This document shows, piece by piece, positions 18,178 through 27,460 of a stretch of DNA of 64,000 nucleotides (positions are counted from its first letter, which is position 1; each line of letters starts with the position of its first letter). The DNA comes from Candidatus Binatia bacterium (GTDB taxonomy: Bacteria; Desulfobacterota; Binatia; Bin18), in assembly GCA_951812575.1 (NCBI GenBank), contig OX638322.1, forward strand, positions 1,237,925-1,301,924. The letters run 5' to 3'. The translations under genes and the position numbers were made by a program. The notes under the pieces are model-generated. The model did no database searches. It was not told the origin of the DNA and saw only the letters and a list, made by a program, of their open reading frames with translations.

Positions 18178-19896
18178 ATGAAGCGTCTCCTGGTCAGTCT
18201 TTTGAGTCTTTGGGGTCCGTTGGGTCTCTTGGGTCTTTGGGGTCTGGACTCAACCGACTCAATGGCACAACCGACTCAACTAGCACAACCGACCCGAGCG
18301 GTCAGCTCTCCCCTCACGTCGGTTCAAAAGGTTGAGCTGCTGAAAGGATGGACGGCGGTGTTGCCGCCCCGCTCCCCCGGCTCGGGACTGGTCGGCGTCT
18401 ATAACCCTGAAGCGGTGATTCCTCCGCAATGCTATACCCGGACCGAGGGTGTCTTTAATCCGTGTTACGTCTGTCATCAAGATCATATCTCAGGCCGTGA
18501 AAATCGGATGAACGATGCCCATTTGCAACGCGCGTATAGCTTTAGTGACCACGGACAGACCAATCGCTGGCGGAATCTGTTTGAAGACCGTAGTGAGCGG
18601 GTTGCTGCGATCAGCGATGAGGACATACAGGCGTGGATTAACGAAGATAATTTTTCCGAACTGGCCGACCGATTGGAGGCGGTTCACTTTCGAGGCTATA
18701 TTCCCCGACTTCAAAACCTGTCTGATGGGGTAGCCGCCTTTGATGAAGAGGGCTTTGCTAAGGATGGCAGCCATTGGGTGGCTTTTAGCTATAAGCCCTT
18801 TCCGAGTACGTTTTGGCCGACCAATGGGTCTACCGATGATGTCATGATCCGCTTGCCTGCTCAGTTCCGACAAACGCAAGATGGCGCCTACTCGCGCGAA
18901 GTGTATAAGGCCAATCTCGCGATTCTCGAAGCCGCGATTAAGGGCTTTGATAGCATTGGCAGCCTGCCCATTGATGAGACCCAACTCGGCCAGGACCTGG
19001 ATGGCGACGGCGCGCTCGGCCGCATTCACGCCCTCACCCGCCCGGCAACCTATGTGGGGGCGGGGAGTGATACGCGGGTTGAACCCTATATCTATCCCCA
19101 CCGGACGGAATTCCTGCATACCGTGCGCTATGTTGGCGTCAGCGCGGACGGGAGCATCACAAATGCGCGACGGATGAAAGAAGCGCGCTATATGCTGAAG
19201 CGGGATTTCCTGTCCCCCACCGTCCTTGGGCATTACTACGACGAGGAATATCAGGAGAAGCTGGAAGGCACGCTGCCTCACTATCCGGATCGCGGCCATG
19301 CGGGTCTGTACAATAAAATGGGTTGGCTGCTCCAAGGATTTATTGAGGACAAGGACGGCCGGCTGCGCTTCAATACCTACGAAGAGACCATGTTCTGCAT
19401 GGGCTGCCATAACACGGTCGGCTCTTCGATTGACAAGACGTATAGCTTCCCGCGCAAAATCGACGGGGCTGCCGGATGGGGCTATATCAATCTGCGCGGC
19501 ATGCCGGACGCGCCCACCATGAACGAGCAGCAAGGGGAAATCCTGACCTATCTTGAACGCGTGGGTGGCGGCACCGAGTTTCGCAACAATCCGGAAATGG
19601 CGGCGCGCTGGTATCATGCGGACGGATCGGTCAATTACGCAGCCGTTGCCGCGGCCCGGGATGTCTACGAGCTGATTACCCCATCCCCCGCCCGGGCCTT
19701 ATTGCTCAACAAAGCCTATAAGCTCATTGTCGAAGACCAGGACTTTATCTACGGCCGCGACGCAACGCTGAGTCCGCCGGCAAACGTGTACGAATACGTT
19801 GATAACACCACCGCCCCGACGCTCCCGCCAGACAAAATTTATAGCTGGGATATTCGCCTCAATTGGGCAGCGGGAAGCGCGGAAGCAATAGAGTAG
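18178..19896 (+). CDS. Secreted protein with two CXXCH haem-binding motifs
   Basis: N-terminal MKRLLVSLLSLWGPLGLLGLWGL. CYVCH and CMGCH motifs. No family recognised. Confidence 0.5.
   Translation: MKRLLVSLLSLWGPLGLLGLWGLDSTDSMAQPTQLAQPTRAVSSPLTSVQKVELLKGWTAVLPPRSPGSGLVGVYNPEAVIPPQCYTRTEGVFNPCYVCHQDHISGRENRMNDAHLQRAYSFSDHGQTNRWRNLFEDRSERVAAISDEDIQAWINEDNFSELADRLEAVHFRGYIPRLQNLSDGVAAFDEEGFAKDGSHWVAFSYKPFPSTFWPTNGSTDDVMIRLPAQFRQTQDGAYSREVYKANLAILEAAIKGFDSIGSLPIDETQLGQDLDGDGALGRIHALTRPATYVGAGSDTRVEPYIYPHRTEFLHTVRYVGVSADGSITNARRMKEARYMLKRDFLSPTVLGHYYDEEYQEKLEGTLPHYPDRGHAGLYNKMGWLLQGFIEDKDGRLRFNTYEETMFCMGCHNTVGSSIDKTYSFPRKIDGAAGWGYINLRGMPDAPTMNEQQGEILTYLERVGGGTEFRNNPEMAARWYHADGSVNYAAVAAARDVYELITPSPARALLLNKAYKLIVEDQDFIYGRDATLSPPANVYEYVDNTTAPTLPPDKIYSWDIRLNWAAGSAEAIE
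18197..18296. repeat. 9-bp-periodic palindromic element, copy 3 (5-prime end of the CXXCH protein gene)
   Basis: CAGTCTTTTGAGTCTTTGGGGTCCGTTGGGTCTCTTGGGTCTTTGGGGTCTG, then GACTCAACC GACTCAATG ... GACTCAACT ... GACCCGAGC. Confidence 0.75.
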
Positions 19897-19956
19897 CGTT
19901 GACGCGCTGTTGCCTCCTTGATAGGCCCGCTACGGTACATGTGAAGGAGGACCGTT

Positions 19957-22365
19957 ATGCAAGGCTTGGAGGGCGTTCGCGTATTGGAACTCGGCAATAT
20001 GGTGTCTGCGGCGTATGCCACAAAGCTGCTGGCAGACCTTGGCGCCGATGTGATCAAAGTCGAGGAACCGGGCGGTGACCTGGCGCGAACCCGAGGCCCT
20101 TTTCCTCAGGGGCAGCCCGACCCGGAGCAGAGTGGCCTCTTTTTGTATTTGAATACCAATAAGCGCGGCGTGACCCTCGATATCCACCAGGATGTTGAAC
20201 GTCTGCGCGCCCTGATTGCGCAGACCGACGTGCTCGTTCACAACTACGCTCCGCCGGCCATGGCCGAGCTCGGCATCTCCTACACGGCGTTTCAGCAGGT
20301 GAATCCCAGCTTGGTGATGTGCTCGATCACCCCGTTTGGACTGACCGGCCCGTATAAAAATTACAGCGCCTATGAGTTGAACCTGGCCCACGGGGGCGGC
20401 TGGGCCTGGCTGAGTCCTGGGGCCTCAGATTGGCCGGACTTACCCCCGCTCAAAGCGGCCGGCCATCAGGCCGACTTTCAGGGTGGGCTGGCTGCGGCTA
20501 TGACGAGCCTGGCCGCCTATGGCAAAGCCTACGAAACCGGCCAGGGTGAGCATATCGATCTTTCGATTCAGGAGTTTGTCGCCTCCTTCCTGGAACAAAA
20601 CTTTGTCTACTACTCCTATATGGGTCAGGTGGCGTCTCGGCTGGGCCGCCGCCTGATCTATCCCTGGGGCATGTATCAGTGTCAGGACGGCCTGATCTTT
20701 GTGGTGACGGTGGAGCAGGACCAGTGGGAGCGCCTGGTTGATCTCATGGGGAATCCAGAGTGGGCGAGTTGGGAAATATTCAAAGACCCCTTTGTTCGCG
20801 CCGAGAACTGGGACGTGCTCAAGACCTATCTCGACGAGTGGATGCGGGGCTGGACAGTCCAGGACCTCTTCAAGGCCGGCCAGGAGCGTCGGATCTGTTT
20901 TGCCCCTGTATTGTCCATGGAAACCATGGCCCAACAGGAACAGCTCAAAGCCCGCAATTTTTTTGTTGACGTGACCCACCCCAAGGCCGGGACACTGACC
21001 CATCTGGGCCCGCCCTACCAGCTCAAAGAACCGTGGTGGGACATTCGCCGCCCGGCTCCCCTGCTGGGCGAGCATAATGACGAGGTGCTGCGCGAACCGG
21101 CCCCTCCAACCCCCAACCCCCAACCCCCAACTCCCAACTCCAGCCTTCCCCTTGAGGGTCTGCGCGTCGTCGATTTCAGTTGGGCCTGGGCCGGACCTTA
21201 CTGCGCCTTACAACTGGCCCATCTGGGGGCAGAGGTTATTCGGGTTGAATCTCAGGTGCGTCCCGACCTCGGACGGCGCGTTCCGATTTATCCAAGCGGC
21301 ATGGAGCCGAGTCTCAATCGTTCGGGCTATTTCAACCAATGGCATCAGGGCAAAAAGAGTACCCTGCTCAACCTGAGCAAACCGGAAGCCATTCCCATCG
21401 TCACCGCCTTGATTGAGAAATCCGACATTGTGGTGGAGAACTTTGCCACCGGAGTGATGGAGCGTTTGGGTCTGGGCTATGAGGAGCTGGCAAAACGGAA
21501 TCCGGCGCTGATCATGGCCTCCATCTCCGGCTATGGACATAGCGGACCACAGAAAAACTATATGGGCTACGGTCCGGCCATCGTACCGTTGACCGGCCTG
21601 TCTTCGCTGACTGGCTATCCCGGAAGCGGTCCCCAGGAGGTCGGTATTTCGTACGGCGACCCGAACGGCGGGCTGAACGCCGCCGTAGCCATTACTGCGG
21701 CCGTGACCGCGCGCAAACGGACAGGCAAGGGGCAGCATATTGATGCCTCATTATGGGAAACCATGGCGGCATTACTGGCGGAAGGCTGGATGGACTACGC
21801 CATGAATGCAACCCAACCGCCTCGCAGCGGCAATCGGGATGCGTGGATGGCGCCGCATAACTGCTTCCGCTGTGCCGGTCAGGAGGCCGACCAGGATGAA
21901 TGGGTCACCATCGTCTGCGGGACGGATGAAGAGTGGCAGGCGTTGTGCCAGGCCATCGGCCACACCCACCTCGGTCAGGACTCACGCTTTCGTACCGCGG
22001 CAGACCGCAAGGCCAACGAAGACGAACTCGAACGCCTCCTGACGGAATGGACCAAAGAGCGAACGAAATGGGAGGTAACGGAAGCGCTCCAGGCCGTAGG
22101 GGTGGCCGCCTTTCCGTCCATGAACAGTAAAGACCTGAGCGAGGACCCGCATTTGAACGCACGTGACTTTTTTGCCCGCTTGCCGCACGCCGAGGTTGAG
22201 ATGCAGACCCATATCGGCATTCCGTGGCGGCTCACCGCCGCGCCAAACGGCGTCCGTTCCCCCGCACCCCTCATGGGCCAGGACACTGCGTATGTGATGA
22301 AGGACCTGCTGGGATATACCGACGAAGAGATCTCCCAACTCACAGCCGCAGAGGTGTTGTATTAA
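19957..22365 (+). CDS. Tandem fusion of two family III (CaiB/BaiF) CoA-transferase domains
   Basis: LEGVRVLELGNMVSAAYATKLLADLGADVIKVE and, after the linker, LEGLRVVDFSWAWAGPYCALQLAHLGAEVIRVE. 802 aa is about twice the usual length. Confidence 0.8.
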   Translation: MQGLEGVRVLELGNMVSAAYATKLLADLGADVIKVEEPGGDLARTRGPFPQGQPDPEQSGLFLYLNTNKRGVTLDIHQDVERLRALIAQTDVLVHNYAPPAMAELGISYTAFQQVNPSLVMCSITPFGLTGPYKNYSAYELNLAHGGGWAWLSPGASDWPDLPPLKAAGHQADFQGGLAAAMTSLAAYGKAYETGQGEHIDLSIQEFVASFLEQNFVYYSYMGQVASRLGRRLIYPWGMYQCQDGLIFVVTVEQDQWERLVDLMGNPEWASWEIFKDPFVRAENWDVLKTYLDEWMRGWTVQDLFKAGQERRICFAPVLSMETMAQQEQLKARNFFVDVTHPKAGTLTHLGPPYQLKEPWWDIRRPAPLLGEHNDEVLREPAPPTPNPQPPTPNSSLPLEGLRVVDFSWAWAGPYCALQLAHLGAEVIRVESQVRPDLGRRVPIYPSGMEPSLNRSGYFNQWHQGKKSTLLNLSKPEAIPIVTALIEKSDIVVENFATGVMERLGLGYEELAKRNPALIMASISGYGHSGPQKNYMGYGPAIVPLTGLSSLTGYPGSGPQEVGISYGDPNGGLNAAVAITAAVTARKRTGKGQHIDASLWETMAALLAEGWMDYAMNATQPPRSGNRDAWMAPHNCFRCAGQEADQDEWVTIVCGTDEEWQALCQAIGHTHLGQDSRFRTAADRKANEDELERLLTEWTKERTKWEVTEALQAVGVAAFPSMNSKDLSEDPHLNARDFFARLPHAEVEMQTHIGIPWRLTAAPNGVRSPAPLMGQDTAYVMKDLLGYTDEEISQLTAAEVLY
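21106..21141. repeat. CCCCAA-type hexamer run forming the inter-domain linker
   Basis: CCAACCCCCAACCCCCAACCCCCAACTCCCAACTCC, encoding PTPNPQPPTPNS. It is the reverse complement of the GGGGTT runs at 25120 and 27470. Confidence 0.7.
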
Positions 22366-22392
22366 ACAGATGTCAGGCGCTTTTCACTGAGG

Positions 22393-23226
22393 ATGACGAT
22401 GCAATACCGCATCCTGGGCCGGACCGGCCTGCGCGTCAGCGCCGTGAGCATGGGCACGTGGAATGCGTTTGATGTGCACGGAGAGCGGGCGATCGAGCAG
22501 GTCGGACGGCTGGTGACCGAAGCCCTGGCCTGTGGGGTGAATCTGTTTGACACCGCGCCCATGTATGGTGAGGCGGAAAGCGTGCTGGGTCGGGCACTGC
22601 GGGGACGGCGCGAGGGCGTGGTGATCGCAACCAAGGTCCTGGCAACGGATCGCACCTCGGCTCAGCGCCGCATCGAAGCGTCATTCCGGAAACTTCAGGT
22701 CGAGGTGATCGACCTCATGCAGGTCCATAATATGGCGGCCTGGCGCACAGTTGCTCCGCTCCTTGAAGAATACAAGGCAGCGGGTCGCATTCGGTTTCTG
22801 GGTATTACCGACTATCGAACCGGCATGTTTCCGGAAATGATGACGGCCATGCAAACCGGCATCTTTGATACGATCCAGATTCCGTACAATATCGGGGAGA
22901 GAGAAGCCGAACGTGCCATCCTCCCCTTGGCTCAGCAGTGCAATATGGGTGTCTTAATCATGACGCCGCTGTGTCCGATCTTTCATCGCTCCCAACTGCT
23001 TGGGGTTTTGCACCAGCACGATCTCTCGTTCCTAGAGTCCTATGGGGTAACAACTCCGGGGCAGGCGCTGCTCGCCTACCTGCTGACAAAATCCGAAGAC
23101 GCGATTCTGCTGCCCGCCACCTCGCGCCTGGAACGGGTCCGGGAAAATACGACCGCCGGAGGGATCGCGGCATTACCCCGGCAGGCAGTGAGGCAACTTG
23201 AAGCATTCTTTACCCCTCCGCATTGA
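22393..23226 (+). CDS. Aldo/keto reductase
   Basis: MQYRILGRTGLRVSAVSMGTW...FDTAPMYGEAE...IDLMQVHN, the typical AKR pattern. Confidence 0.8.
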   Translation: MTMQYRILGRTGLRVSAVSMGTWNAFDVHGERAIEQVGRLVTEALACGVNLFDTAPMYGEAESVLGRALRGRREGVVIATKVLATDRTSAQRRIEASFRKLQVEVIDLMQVHNMAAWRTVAPLLEEYKAAGRIRFLGITDYRTGMFPEMMTAMQTGIFDTIQIPYNIGEREAERAILPLAQQCNMGVLIMTPLCPIFHRSQLLGVLHQHDLSFLESYGVTTPGQALLAYLLTKSEDAILLPATSRLERVRENTTAGGIAALPRQAVRQLEAFFTPPH

Positions 23227-23343
23227 TCGATCGAACGCCCTCTGGCATACTACCGCCCCTCACAAGATGAGCATGCAGCCTGGGCATAATCATAACCCTG
23301 GCCGGCATAGTTCCCGGCCAGGTAATAACACAAGGGAGATGGT

Positions 23344-25116
23344 GTGGAGTCTTTAGGTGATTGGCAGCGAAGCTGCTATTGCGGGGAGCCCCGCGTGACC
23401 CAAGTCGGACAACCGCTGACCGTGATGGGTTGGGTGCATTCCCGGCGCGATCATGGCGGCGTGACCTTTGTCGATGTTCGCGACCGTTCCGGCTTGGTCC
23501 AAATTGTCTGTAACCCGCAAGTCAGCCCCGCCGCCCATACGCAGGCGAAAGAGCTGCGTATGGAATATGTGGTGGCCGCGAGGGGCAGGCTGGAACGGCG
23601 CTCGCAGGAGACGATCAATCCGAATATCCCAACCGGAGGAGTCGAACTCGTTGTGGAAGAGCTACGGGTGCTCAATGCCTCGCGGACACCACCGTTTCCG
23701 ATTGATGCCGACACAGAGCCCGCAGAGAACACCCGCTTGCGCTATCGCTATCTTGATCTCCGTCGGCCCAAGATGTTCGAGAACTTACGCCTGCGGCATC
23801 GACTGGCCAAGGTAGTCCGCGATTATCTTGACGGGGAGGAGTTTCTTGAGGTTGAAACCCCGGTCCTGACCCGGAGTACCCCGGAAGGCGCACGCGACTA
23901 TCTTGTTCCGAGCCGAGTCATTCCAGGCGGATTTTTTGCCCTGCCACAGTCGCCGCAGCTTTTCAAGCAACTCCTGATGGTGAGCGGGATGGAGAAATAC
24001 TTCCAGATCGTGCGCTGCTTTCGGGATGAAGACTTACGGGCCGACCGTCAACCCGAGTTCACCCAGATTGATATTGAGATGTCGTTTGTCCGACCGGACG
24101 ATGTGTTCCAGCTTATTGAAGGCATGATGGTCCGGCTGTGTAAGGAAGTGAAAGGCATCGACATCCCTACCCCGTTTCCCCGGATGCCCTACAGCCAGGC
24201 CATGGCCCGCTTCGGGAACGATAAACCCGACATTCGGTTTGACCTGGAAATCCAGGAGCTGTCGGCGCTATTCAGCCAGACCGATATCAAGGTCTTTCGC
24301 CAGATCGTTGCCGACGGGGGCGTGGTGCGCGGACTGATTGTGTCGGACGATCCGTTCTCACGCAAAGAACTCGATGATTTGATTCCGCTGGCCCAGGATT
24401 TCGGGGCGAAAGGCCTGGCCTGGATTCGCCTGACCGAGGACGGATGGCAGTCGCCCTTGGCGAAATTCGTGAGCGACGACCGGAAAAAGGAAATTGAAGC
24501 CACCCTCGGGCTCAAACCAAAAGACTTGTTGCTCATGGTGGCCGATCAGGAACAGGTAGCGTGCGAGGTGCTGTCACGCTTGCGTCTCTATCTTGGCGAC
24601 AAACTCGGGCTGATTCCCAAGGATGACATGCGTTTCCTGTGGGTGACGGATTTTCCGCTGGTCGAATACGACGCGGACGAGGGACGCTATATGGCCAAGC
24701 ATCACCCGTTTACCGCGCCCAACGACCAGGATTTGGCCCTGCTTGAGACCGACCCAGGCAAGGTACGGGCGTTTGCCTACGATGTTGTGCTGAACGGGGT
24801 CGAATTGGGTGGTGGCAGTATCAGAATTCACCGCCAGGACGTGCAGCAAGAGATTTTTACCTTGCTGGGTATCGGTGAGGCTGAGGCTCAGGAGAAGTTC
24901 GGGTTTCTGCTGGAAGCCCTGTCGTATGGCGCTCCTCCCCACGGTGGGATTGCCCTGGGATTTGACCGTCTGGCCATGTTGTTTGCCGGTATGGATTCGC
25001 TGCGCGAAGTCATTGCCTTTCCCAAGACGGCCCGCGCCCAGTGCCTGATGACACAAGCGCCGGGTGGGGTCGATACCAAACAGTTGCGAGAGTTGAGCAT
25101 TAAAGTCGATTTGTAA
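23344..25116 (+). CDS. aspS: Aspartyl-tRNA synthetase
   Basis: 590 aa. GWVHSRRDHGGVTFVDVRDRSG (OB fold). Class II motifs FRDEDLRADRQPEFTQID and GGGSIRIH...FDRL. Confidence 0.95.
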   Translation: MESLGDWQRSCYCGEPRVTQVGQPLTVMGWVHSRRDHGGVTFVDVRDRSGLVQIVCNPQVSPAAHTQAKELRMEYVVAARGRLERRSQETINPNIPTGGVELVVEELRVLNASRTPPFPIDADTEPAENTRLRYRYLDLRRPKMFENLRLRHRLAKVVRDYLDGEEFLEVETPVLTRSTPEGARDYLVPSRVIPGGFFALPQSPQLFKQLLMVSGMEKYFQIVRCFRDEDLRADRQPEFTQIDIEMSFVRPDDVFQLIEGMMVRLCKEVKGIDIPTPFPRMPYSQAMARFGNDKPDIRFDLEIQELSALFSQTDIKVFRQIVADGGVVRGLIVSDDPFSRKELDDLIPLAQDFGAKGLAWIRLTEDGWQSPLAKFVSDDRKKEIEATLGLKPKDLLLMVADQEQVACEVLSRLRLYLGDKLGLIPKDDMRFLWVTDFPLVEYDADEGRYMAKHHPFTAPNDQDLALLETDPGKVRAFAYDVVLNGVELGGGSIRIHRQDVQQEIFTLLGIGEAEAQEKFGFLLEALSYGAPPHGGIALGFDRLAMLFAGMDSLREVIAFPKTARAQCLMTQAPGGVDTKQLRELSIKVDL

Positions 25117-25192
25117 TTGGGGGTTCGGGATTCGGGGTTCGGGAGCAGGGCAACCACAGGGGGTTGCCCCTACGGTAACCCCCAACCCCTCC
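25117..25192. repeat. GGGGTT-run plus GC-hairpin intergenic element, copy 1
   Basis: TTGGGGGTTCGGGATTCGGGGTTCGGGAGCAGGGCAACCACAGGGGGTTGCCCCTACGGTAACCCCCAACCCC. The hairpin is GGGCAACC/GGTTGCCC. Confidence 0.75.
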
Positions 25193-25198
25193 TTAACC

Positions 25199-26608
25199 AT
25201 GCTGAGAACATGTGGTCGGCGCCTGGCCGTGCTCGTATTGCTCTGGCACTGCATGCCTCCGCTTCCGTCACCGGCTGCGGAGACCTGTAGCGCTATCCGC
25301 ACGAGCTATAATCCGACGGCGGCTCTCCGGTCTGACGCCTTTACCTTAGCGCCCGACGATCCGCGCTGGTCCGCGTTTCTCGCATGGGCCAAGGCGAAAA
25401 AGCTCTATACCTTTCAGATCATCGGGCTGAGCCAAAAAAAAGATGCGCCGCCCAGCATTCTCTTTCGCTGGGCCAAAGACACGCTCTGGCAAAAGGATGT
25501 CGTTCTCCCTTTTGGACAGGCGCTGGGACATATGATTGCCGAACGCCGCTGGCGAGACGCTGACTTTCCAGAGTTTTTTTCCTCTCGCGGCGGCATATTC
25601 GGCGTTGATCTGGCCGAGCGCCTGTCTGGCATGGATACGCAGACGCTAGATCCCTGGCAAGACTTCTTCCAGAGCGTCACCGCACCCAAAAGCCCGGCGC
25701 GACCCCGGCTCAACGCCCGGCTGCTCAGCGTTGCCCCAGACGGGCAGTCGGCCTCGATTGCCCTTGGACAGGATCGCATAACGATATATCTGGCAGACCG
25801 CCTGCGGAGCGACCTGGCCTTATTTCTGACGGATTGCGCCATTGCTGAATTTTTTCAGGAGTACGATAAATCGAAGGAAGCGACTCCTGGCGAAAGACCT
25901 GAGACGACCGCTGAGGGGTCAGCCCCGGGCAAAGCCATCTACACCAGCCAGTGTAGCGGCTGTCACGGCGAGGCTGGTGACGGGCAGGGCATGCTTACGC
26001 TGAGCTGGCTGCCGCGACCGCGTAACTTCGTGCGCGGCTCATTCCGGTATCGTTCAACACCCACCGGGAGTCCACCAACCAACACGGACCTGTTCCGAAC
26101 CGTATCAAAGGGGCTGGCCGGGAGTGGGATGCCGGCGTTTGAGGCCATCCTCAGTGAGCGGGAGCGGCGGGATGTGGTCGCTTATATCAAACAGTTCTCA
26201 CAGCGTTTTGCCTCTGGGTCAGAGCCTCCGTCCACTTCAGTTTCGGCGCCGCCCCAGGTGACGAAGAAACACATCGCCCGAGGTGCGTCGCTCTACGTGG
26301 ATTCCGGCTGTCCGAGCTGTCATGGAGCAGAGGGTAGAGGGGACGGACGCTCGGGTCAGGACTTGAAAACCGCGGAGGGCGATCCGATCATACCCCGCGA
26401 TTTAACCCATAAATGGAGTTTCCATGGCGGCCATACGCCGAGCGATATCTATCGACGCATCGCCAACGGCATGGACGGCTCCTCTATGGCCGCATACGAA
26501 GAGGTATTGGAGCCAAATGATCTGTGGGACCTAGTCTTTTACGTGCTCTCGCTCTCTCCGGAGCAGCGGCCGCAAGCGGAAGCCGGCCATAGAGCAGAAA
26601 ACAAATAA
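25199..26608 (+). CDS. Secreted dihaem c-type cytochrome with N-terminal domain of unknown function
   Basis: Signal peptide LAVLVLLWHC. CSGCHGEAGDG and CPSCHGAEGRGDG haem motifs, each followed by a distal M (SGMPAF, SSMAAY). Confidence 0.7.
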   Translation: MLRTCGRRLAVLVLLWHCMPPLPSPAAETCSAIRTSYNPTAALRSDAFTLAPDDPRWSAFLAWAKAKKLYTFQIIGLSQKKDAPPSILFRWAKDTLWQKDVVLPFGQALGHMIAERRWRDADFPEFFSSRGGIFGVDLAERLSGMDTQTLDPWQDFFQSVTAPKSPARPRLNARLLSVAPDGQSASIALGQDRITIYLADRLRSDLALFLTDCAIAEFFQEYDKSKEATPGERPETTAEGSAPGKAIYTSQCSGCHGEAGDGQGMLTLSWLPRPRNFVRGSFRYRSTPTGSPPTNTDLFRTVSKGLAGSGMPAFEAILSERERRDVVAYIKQFSQRFASGSEPPSTSVSAPPQVTKKHIARGASLYVDSGCPSCHGAEGRGDGRSGQDLKTAEGDPIIPRDLTHKWSFHGGHTPSDIYRRIANGMDGSSMAAYEEVLEPNDLWDLVFYVLSLSPEQRPQAEAGHRAENK

Positions 26609-26618
26609 GGAGGAAAAC

Positions 26619-27452
26619 ATGGGCAAACTGGATGGAAAAGTCGCGTTGATTACGGGTGGGGCCAGCGGTATTGGAGCTGCAACCGTCCGCCTGTTCGCCG
26701 CAGAGGGGGCCCGGGTTGTGGTGGCGGATATGCAGGATGACAAGGGCCAGGAGATGGCGCGCGAGCTGGGAGACCAGGGCGCTTTTGTTCAGGTGAACGT
26801 GACCCAGGAGGCCGAGGTCAAAGCGGCCATTGAGGCCGCGGTCGAACGCTGGGGGCGGTTGGACTGTATCTACAATAACGCCGGGTTTGGCGGCGCGCTG
26901 GGGCCGATCGAGAGTATCAGTGTGGAAGACTACGATATGACCTTTGATGTACTGCTCAAAGGCGTGTTTCTCGGCATCAAGCACGCCGCGCCCATCATGA
27001 AAAAACAGCAGTCCGGCAGTATTATCAGCACCTCCAGCGCGGCCGGCGTAGAAGCCGGCATGGCGACCCACCTCTACAGTGTGGCAAAAGCAGGAGTGAT
27101 TCATCTCACCAAGTCGGTCGCCCTGGAACTGGGTGAGTTCAATATTCGAGCGAACTGCATCTGTCCGGGTGCGATTGTGACGCCCCTGGCCGTTGGCCGA
27201 CCGTCGCCAACGGACAAACAGGTGGCCGGTCTGCGCACAGGCGCGGCCCACCTGCATCCGCTCGGTCGGGTCGGTGAACCTGAAGAGATCGCCAAGGCCG
27301 CCTTATGGCTGGCCAGTGACGATTCAAGTTTTGTGACCGGTCAGGCCCTGGCCGTAGACGGCGGGATCACCGCAGGCCGCCCCTGGCGCGACCTGCCCGA
27401 ATTCCACCGCACGCCCCATCCGATCCGCATGTACCGCGTACCGGGAAAGTAA
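26619..27452 (+). CDS. Short-chain dehydrogenase/reductase (SDR)
   Basis: KVALITGGASGIGAA (TGxxxGxG), NNAG and YSVAKAG (YxxxK). Confidence 0.85.
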   Translation: MGKLDGKVALITGGASGIGAATVRLFAAEGARVVVADMQDDKGQEMARELGDQGAFVQVNVTQEAEVKAAIEAAVERWGRLDCIYNNAGFGGALGPIESISVEDYDMTFDVLLKGVFLGIKHAAPIMKKQQSGSIISTSSAAGVEAGMATHLYSVAKAGVIHLTKSVALELGEFNIRANCICPGAIVTPLAVGRPSPTDKQVAGLRTGAAHLHPLGRVGEPEEIAKAALWLASDDSSFVTGQALAVDGGITAGRPWRDLPEFHRTPHPIRMYRVPGK

Positions 27453-27460
27453 AGAATATC

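Noticed and set aside
12810-18296. Possible CRISPR array, suggested by the short periodic repeats
   Set aside because: The units are 9 bp, contiguous, and have no spacers. No cas genes are present. They lie in or next to coding sequence.
18490-19617. 375-aa antisense ORF inside the CXXCH protein gene
   Set aside because: A shadow ORF. The sense frame has a signal peptide and haem motifs.
21106-21141. Telomere-like CCCCAA/TTGGGG repeats
   Set aside because: There are only a few units, they lie inside a bacterial ORF as a Pro/Thr/Asn linker, and they are related to local intergenic GGGGTT repeats. No telomeric context exists.
24574-25302. 242-aa minus-strand ORF spanning the aspS 3-prime end and the repeat at 25117-25192
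   Set aside because: It runs antisense to aspS and through an intergenic repeat (it reads VGATPCGCPAPEPRIPNPQ from the repeat). It is not a plausible gene.
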